NCBI GenBank assembly: GCA_963713975.1
Contig: OY970218.1
Coordinates: 960,001-1,024,000, forward strand
Direction of reading: 5' to 3'
From: an uncultured Chloroflexia bacterium
GTDB lineage: Bacteria; Chloroflexota; Limnocylindria; Limnocylindrales; CSP1-4
Length of the DNA stretch: 64,000 nucleotides
The notes beneath the pieces are model-generated. The model did not search any database. It saw only the letters and a program-made list of their open reading frames with translations, and was not told the origin of the DNA. Positions within the stretch are counted from its first letter, which is position 1. The number at the start of each line of letters is the position of its first letter. A program made the translations under genes and the position numbers. This document shows, piece after piece, positions 58,987 through 64,000 of the stretch.

Positions 58987-59199
58987 TCAGGCGCGGACCT
59001 GGCGCTCCATGCGGCGCTGGAACCGCTCGACCTGGCCGGCGGTGTCGATGATGTTCTGCTTGCCCGTGTAGAACGGGTGGCAGTTGCTGCACACGTCGAC
59101 CCGCAACTCCTCGCGGGTCGAGCCGACCTCGAAGTCGGTGCCGCACGAGCCGCAATGGACCTTCGCCTGGTGGTACGTGGGATGGATGCTGGGCTTCAC
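58987..59199 (-). CDS. rpmE: 50S ribosomal protein L31 (Zn-binding type)
   Basis: MKPSIHPTY...CGSCG...CSNCHPFYTGKQ...GQVERF. Confidence 0.97.
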   Translation of the reverse strand: MKPSIHPTYHQAKVHCGSCGTDFEVGSTREELRVDVCSNCHPFYTGKQNIIDTAGQVERFQRRMERQVRA

Positions 59200-59269
59200 G
59201 GGTGCTCCTTCGACGCCGTCCGCGCGGGATCGTGCCCGCCGGTGGTCGCCGCTGTGGGAAGGTCCGGCA

Positions 59270-59566
59270 CTAGGCCTCGGTCGCGACCGGCTCGGCCGCG
59301 GCCAATTCGGTTGCGACCGGGATGATCCGGACGCGCTTCTTGTCGCGGGTCTCGTGCTCGAAGCGCACCTTCCCGTCGATCTTGGCGAAGATCGTGTAGT
59401 CGTGACCCAGACCGGCGCCCTCGCCCGCCTTGAAGGTCATGCCGCGCTGGCGGACGATAATCGATCCGGCCGTGACGAACTGGCCGTCACCGGCCTTCAC
59501 GCCCAGCCGCTGGCCGGCGCTGTCGCGGCCGTTCTTGACGCTGCCGCCTGCCTTCTTGTGCGCCAT
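59270..59566 (-). CDS. rpmA: 50S ribosomal protein L27
   Basis: [16 protein letters not shown]...IIVRQRG. Confidence 0.98.
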   Translation of the reverse strand: MAHKKAGGSVKNGRDSAGQRLGVKAGDGQFVTAGSIIVRQRGMTFKAGEGAGLGHDYTIFAKIDGKVRFEHETRDKKRVRIIPVATELAAAEPVATEA

Positions 59567-59568
59567 CG

Positions 59569-60552
59569 CTAGCCGTCCTTCTTGGTGCGCGCGGCCCGCT
59601 TGCGCGGCGCGGCATCGCTGGTGCTGGTCTCATCCGATTCGGGCTCGGAGTGGCCCTCGGCCTCGGCCACGTTGCGCCGGACCACGTCCAGTGCGCGGAC
59701 GACGCCGGACTTGCTCGAGAACCCCTGCTCCGGGATCGCCAGGAGCTCGCCGTTGGAGGCGCGGAGGCGCCAGCGCCACTCGCCCGCCTTGTCCTCGTAG
59801 ATTTCGAAGCCCGTGATGTTCTTGGACTCGTCGTCGCCCTCGGGAGCCTCCTCGTGGCCCTCGGCCTCGGCCACGTTGCGCCGGACCACGTCCAGGGCGC
59901 GGACGACGCCGGACTTGCTCGAGAACCCCTGCTCGGACATGGCGACGAGCTCGCCGTTGGAGGCGCGGAGGCGCCAGCGCCACTCGCCCGCCTTGTCCTC
60001 GTAGATCTCGAAGGCCATGGATTCCTTCGCGTCCGCCTCGGGCGCCTCGGCGGTGGCTGTCTTGGCGCGCGTCCTCTTGGGTGCGGCAGGCGTGGCCTCC
60101 GCCTCGGGGGCGGCGACCTTGAGCCTGGCTGCCAGCGCGGCATCCTCGGCAGCCTGGCGTGCGGCGGCCTCCTCGAGACGCTGCTTCTGCTCCGCCTTGG
60201 ACGGGGCGGCCTCCGCCGTGCCCTCGGCCGCGCTCTTGCCGCCGAAGCGGATGTCGGCGATCCGGAGCACGGTCAGGTTCTGTCGGTGGCCCTTCTTGAC
60301 CCGTCGGCGGGCCTTGGGACGGTATTTGAAGGCGATGACCTTGTCGGCCCGGGTGGCGCCCACGACGTAGGCGTCGACAGCCGCGCCGTCAACGGTGGGA
60401 GTCCCGACGGCCGCATCGGCTCCGTCGGCGACGAGGAGGACCCGGTCCAGCGTGATGGACTGGCCGGGCTCAACGTCAAGCAGCTCCACCTCAAGCTCGG
60501 TGCCGACCTCGACGCGGTACTGCTTCCCGCCGGTCTCGATGACTGCGTACAT
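59569..60552 (-). CDS. rplU: 50S ribosomal protein L21 with C-terminal extension carrying two DUF1508 (YegP-like) domains
   Basis: [14 protein letters not shown]...FKYRPK...GHRQ, then [21 protein letters not shown] twice. Confidence 0.95.
   Translation of the reverse strand: MYAVIETGGKQYRVEVGTELEVELLDVEPGQSITLDRVLLVADGADAAVGTPTVDGAAVDAYVVGATRADKVIAFKYRPKARRRVKKGHRQNLTVLRIADIRFGGKSAAEGTAEAAPSKAEQKQRLEEAAARQAAEDAALAARLKVAAPEAEATPAAPKRTRAKTATAEAPEADAKESMAFEIYEDKAGEWRWRLRASNGELVAMSEQGFSSKSGVVRALDVVRRNVAEAEGHEEAPEGDDESKNITGFEIYEDKAGEWRWRLRASNGELLAIPEQGFSSKSGVVRALDVVRRNVAEAEGHSEPESDETSTSDAAPRKRAARTKKDG
59650..60013. repeat. 160-bp direct repeat within rplU
   Basis: 59650-59809 vs 59854-60013, 8 mismatches by my count. 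Confidence 0.93.
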
Positions 60553-60638
60553 GGGTCCTCGGAAAAACGTGGCGGCCGCGGGCGACCGCGACGTGGACAT
60601 GGTGAGGCGCCCTGCAACCATCGCGGGCGCGAACGGAG

Positions 60639-60668
60639 AGTGTAGGGTGGATGCGTGAACCGGGTCAA
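60639..60668 (-). promoter_or_regulatory. Sigma70-type promoter of rplU-rpmA-rpmE
   Basis: TTGACC-18nt-TACACT on the minus strand. Confidence 0.7.
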
Positions 60669-60694
60669 ACAGCGCCCTGACCAGGTCTGCCCGA

Positions 60695-61477
60695 TCAACC
60701 CGGGCGCCCGGCACCCGGAGTGGACAGGCGGCGCGGCGCGGGCGCAGACGGACGTGGGTTCGCGAGGACGAGCCGCTCTCGTACGAGACAGGTGGGCTGC
60801 AGCGCCACGCCCATGACGTCACCCAGTGCGGCGAGGCACTCGTCCGGCCGACCGACGCCCTTCTCCGGGTCGTGGCGGAGCGTCATCCGGACCACGCAAC
60901 CGTCCTCGGTACGGGCAATCTCCACCGCGTCGATGAACGGCCGCAGGTCGTACACCACGACTCCATCCCCCTTCTTCCGCTCGCGCGGCAAAGAGACGGC
61001 GGCGATCAGCGTGCGGGCGGCAGCCTCGAGTGGGGCGGCACCGTGAGCGCCCGGGGCAAGGTGCGCCCGGTACACGGACGCGACGACACGGCCAGGCAGC
61101 GCAGCCTCGCCCAGCCACACGTCGGACAGGTCCACGAGCCGCGATCCGGCCGGCATGACGCCCACGAGCGCCTCCCGGACGCGCCAGACCGGCAGTCGGT
61201 CCACGAGCCAGATGTCGACCAGCTCGGCCTCGCCTGCAATCGATGCCGCGAGCGGGGCTGCGGGCGCGAACCTGGGCCGGGGTTTGGGTGCGTCAAGGCC
61301 GGCCAGCGGCAGGGCGGATGCGGTGAGCGCGATCTCCCAGCCGGACGCCTGTTCACGCTGTGCCGCTTCCGGACCGGCGTCCCGGGTCACAACGAGGCGC
61401 CACCGCTGGACCGCCTCGCGCGGCCGCATGGGTGGGCTGTCGGATAGCCCTTTGGGGTCATCGGATGCGCTATTCAC
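60695..61477 (-). CDS. DUF2344/TIGR03936 radical-SAM-linked protein
   Basis: PKPRPRFAPAAPL...GEAELVD; RKKG...YDLRPFI; GRPDE. Confidence 0.8.
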   Translation of the reverse strand: MNSASDDPKGLSDSPPMRPREAVQRWRLVVTRDAGPEAAQREQASGWEIALTASALPLAGLDAPKPRPRFAPAAPLAASIAGEAELVDIWLVDRLPVWRVREALVGVMPAGSRLVDLSDVWLGEAALPGRVVASVYRAHLAPGAHGAAPLEAAARTLIAAVSLPRERKKGDGVVVYDLRPFIDAVEIARTEDGCVVRMTLRHDPEKGVGRPDECLAALGDVMGVALQPTCLVRERLVLANPRPSAPAPRRLSTPGAGRPG

Positions 61478-61596
61478 AGGTGTTAGTCTGCGGCCGATGG
61501 AGCCAGCCGTCGCGCGTCATCGCGTCCTCCTTTTCGGGGCGGGGCCGGGACCGCGGTCTGGCCCTTCGTGGAGGCACTGCAGCGCGTGATCCGCCC

Positions 61597-62310
61597 GTGA
61601 GCATTCCGGACCCGTACAAGGTCCTCCAGGTGGACCCGGAGGCCGAAGACGAGGTCATCGAGGCTGCCTACAAGCGCCTTGCCCGCAAGTACCACCCCGA
61701 CGTCTCGCCGGACCCGGCGTCCGTGGATCGCATGGTCAGCATCAACCAGGCGTGGGAGATGCTTCGGGACCCGATCCGGCGCGCCGCTGCGGATCGCGCG
61801 CGCACGCGCAACGCCGGCGCCACGGCAAGCGCAGCGGCCGCTGAGGGCCGGGCACGGGCGACGGCACAGGCGCGCCCGGATCCGGCCGCCGCCCGCAGGC
61901 CCGCTGCTTCGGCACGCCCCCCGAGGGGAGTCCATCCGGACTGGCCGTTCTCGGGCATGCAGAACCCGGGTGCGGGAGGGTTCGAGCCTGGCGGCGCCGG
62001 CGGAGCGTCCAACTGGACGCCCGGCAGGTCCACCGAGGGCTCGCAGTACAGCACGCGCACCATGGGCGCCGGCAGCGCCGGCGCGCCACCCGGCAATCCG
62101 TCCGGGAGCCTTGTGAACTTCGGCCGGTACGACGGATGGACTTTGGGCGAGATCGCACGTAGGGATCCCGAATACCTCGAGTGGCTGAGCCGGATGCCGA
62201 TCGGGCGAACCTACCAAGCCGAGATCGATGTGCTCCTCCGCCAGCATGGGCTCCGGTCCGCGGCACCCGAGCACGGTAAGGGCCGGCGCGGCCTCTTCCG
62301 CCGCCGCTGA
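61597..62310 (+). CDS. J-domain protein with small C-terminal FGRY domain
   Basis: DPYKVLQV...YHPD...INQAWEML; C-terminal FGRYDGWTLGEIARRDPEYLEWL. Confidence 0.88.
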   Translation: MSIPDPYKVLQVDPEAEDEVIEAAYKRLARKYHPDVSPDPASVDRMVSINQAWEMLRDPIRRAAADRARTRNAGATASAAAAEGRARATAQARPDPAAARRPAASARPPRGVHPDWPFSGMQNPGAGGFEPGGAGGASNWTPGRSTEGSQYSTRTMGAGSAGAPPGNPSGSLVNFGRYDGWTLGEIARRDPEYLEWLSRMPIGRTYQAEIDVLLRQHGLRSAAPEHGKGRRGLFRRR

Positions 62311-62318
62311 CCAGGGTC

Positions 62319-63641
62319 TCAGGCTTCCGACGCCGGCCCCCGACCGGGCCCACCGGCGGCAATCGCCTTCGCCTCCGCCTCCGCCTTGGGCACAGACCAC
62401 GCCAGGAGGTACGGCGCCACCACCGTCGTCAGGACCACCGCGATCACCATCACGGCGAACAGGTTCTCATCCACCACGCCCGTCACGAGCGCAAGGGTGG
62501 CGACCACGATGCCGACCTCGCCCCTGGGCACCATTCCGAACCCGACCGTGGCGGCGCTCCAGCGCCCGATGGAGCGGGCCCCGATCAGGCCACCGACCGC
62601 CTTGGTGATCACGCCGATCACGGCCAGGGTGACGGCGATCGCCGCGACGGCGGGGTCGAGCAGCACTGACAGATCGAGCTGTGAGCCGGTGACGGCAAAG
62701 AAGAACGGAACGAAGATCGACGCCAAAGGCTCGATGTCGCGCTCGAGCTCCTCGGAGGCCTCGGTCTCGGCGACGATCAGCCCGGCGACGAACGCTCCGA
62801 TGATGGCAGCGAGGCCGACTCCGGTCGCGAGCAACGCGATGGCCAGCATGATCAGGAACGCGGGGACGAGCGGCGTGTCGGCGAACAGCGGCCAGGTGAA
62901 CACGCTCGATGGCAGGCCGCGGGCGCGGCGGGCGACCGCGAACCCGAGGATCACGAGGCCGATCCCCGCGACGCCCACGAGGAGCGTGCCTGCCGACAGG
63001 TCACCATTGGCCGCGCCGCCCGCCAGGCCGATTAGGATGAGCGCGAGGATGTCGTCGACCAGCGCCGCCCCGATCACGACCTTCGCGAACGTCCGGTCCA
63101 TGACGCCCATGTCGCGCAGGACCCGGCTGGTGATGCCGATGCTGGTGGCGGCAAGGGCAAGGCCCACGAAGAACGAGGCGCCGGGAGTCTCGCCCAGGGC
63201 TGCGGCGAGCGCGAACCCGCCGATGATAGGCAGGATCATCGCGGTGATGGCGGTGAGGACGGCCGGCTTGCCCACCTTGAGCAGGTCGTCGGTGCGGACT
63301 TCGAGACCGACCGAGAACAGCAGGATCACGACGCCCAGCTCGGCGAAGGTGAGGGCTGTCTCGCCCGGCTGGACGAGACCCAACCCGAACGGGCCCACGA
63401 TGAAGCCACCCAGCAGCTCGCCCACAACGCCGGGCTGCCCGAGCCGGCGCATGATCTCCTCGCCGATCTTGGCGGCCAGCAACAGGATGAACAGCCCGGC
63501 GATGATCTGGGTGATCTCATCGCCTCCCGCCGCCGGGGCCGCGGCACCGGGCCCGCCGGACGGGGCGGCAGCCCCGAGTGCCGTGGGGGCGAGCAGCAGG
63601 ACGCCTATGGCAGCGAGCGCGAGCACGACCCAGCGCGCCAT
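62319..63641 (-). CDS. CPA2 cation:proton antiporter
   Basis: GQPGVVGELLGG, AELGVVILLFSVGLE, ATSIGIT, LVDDI, MVPRGEV. Confidence 0.92.
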   Translation of the reverse strand: MARWVVLALAAIGVLLLAPTALGAAAPSGGPGAAAPAAGGDEITQIIAGLFILLLAAKIGEEIMRRLGQPGVVGELLGGFIVGPFGLGLVQPGETALTFAELGVVILLFSVGLEVRTDDLLKVGKPAVLTAITAMILPIIGGFALAAALGETPGASFFVGLALAATSIGITSRVLRDMGVMDRTFAKVVIGAALVDDILALILIGLAGGAANGDLSAGTLLVGVAGIGLVILGFAVARRARGLPSSVFTWPLFADTPLVPAFLIMLAIALLATGVGLAAIIGAFVAGLIVAETEASEELERDIEPLASIFVPFFFAVTGSQLDLSVLLDPAVAAIAVTLAVIGVITKAVGGLIGARSIGRWSAATVGFGMVPRGEVGIVVATLALVTGVVDENLFAVMVIAVVLTTVVAPYLLAWSVPKAEAEAKAIAAGGPGRGPASEA

Positions 63642-63694
63642 CCGCCGGCGGGGCCCTGCCTGGTTCTGGCGGGCAGAGTGCCGCCTCGTGGGCG

Positions 63695-64000
63695 CTACCA
63701 CTCGGCGCGATGCTGGCGGATGTTGATGCTCTGCATCACCCCGAGCCCGATGGCCAGGCTGATCAGGGATGCGCCGCCGTGCGTGATGAACGGCAGCGGG
63801 ATCCCCGTCACGGGCAGGATCCCGATGACCATGCCCACGTTCACGAACACCTGGAACAGGATCATCGTCGCAAGTCCGGCGCCGAACAGCGTGCCGAATG
63901 GGTCGCGGGACCGCCACGCGCACGAGATGATCCGCCACAGCAGCGCCGCAAACAGCCCGAACACCACCAGCGCGCCGAGGAGCCCGAGCTCCTGGGCGAG
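63695..64000 (-). CDS. rodA: SEDS family RodA (C-terminal part; 5' end outside window)
   Basis: QELG...NVGMVIGILPVTGIPLPFITHGGAS. Confidence 0.88.
   Translation of the reverse strand, partial: LAQELGLLGALVVFGLFAALLWRIISCAWRSRDPFGTLFGAGLATMILFQVFVNVGMVIGILPVTGIPLPFITHGGASLISLAIGLGVMQSINIRQHRAEW

Overview
High-GC bacterial chromosomal window, densely coding. The gene content and style suggest Chloroflexota, possibly Limnocylindria-like (inference only). It carries a type II TA pair, nth, a nucleoside hydrolase, xfp-ackA-usp, an Rrf2-sufC-sufS-sufU-moeB/Z-JAB operon, a multi-GAF dual-GGDEF-EAL protein, pabB/pabC, a DmpA peptidase, lysine 2,3-aminomutase, several lipoproteins, an MMPL transporter with an AttH/CrtC-like lipoprotein, DsbA-VKOR, a Zur-type metal ABC operon, an MsrQ-like/coiled-coil/ApbE flavinylation cluster, a PLDc_N-ABC fusion, a cyclase-STAND-TPR protein, a ~2000-aa secreted C25-like protease with an (SGSGF)n tract, rplU-rpmA-rpmE and a partial rodA. 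I saw no rRNA, tRNA, CRISPR array or transposase. The most notable observations are: (1) an ApbE cluster whose apparent substrate is a membrane-anchored coiled coil ending in TGAS rather than an FMN-binding domain; (2) a codon-diversified SGSGF pentapeptide array inside a clan-CD protease; (3) ribosomal protein L21 fused to two recently duplicated DUF1508-like domains; (4) a phycobiliprotein/globin-like protein in a non-photosynthetic context; (5) three genes that appear to start at CUG; (6) two structured 5' leaders. All family calls come from motif recognition by eye, not from database searches.
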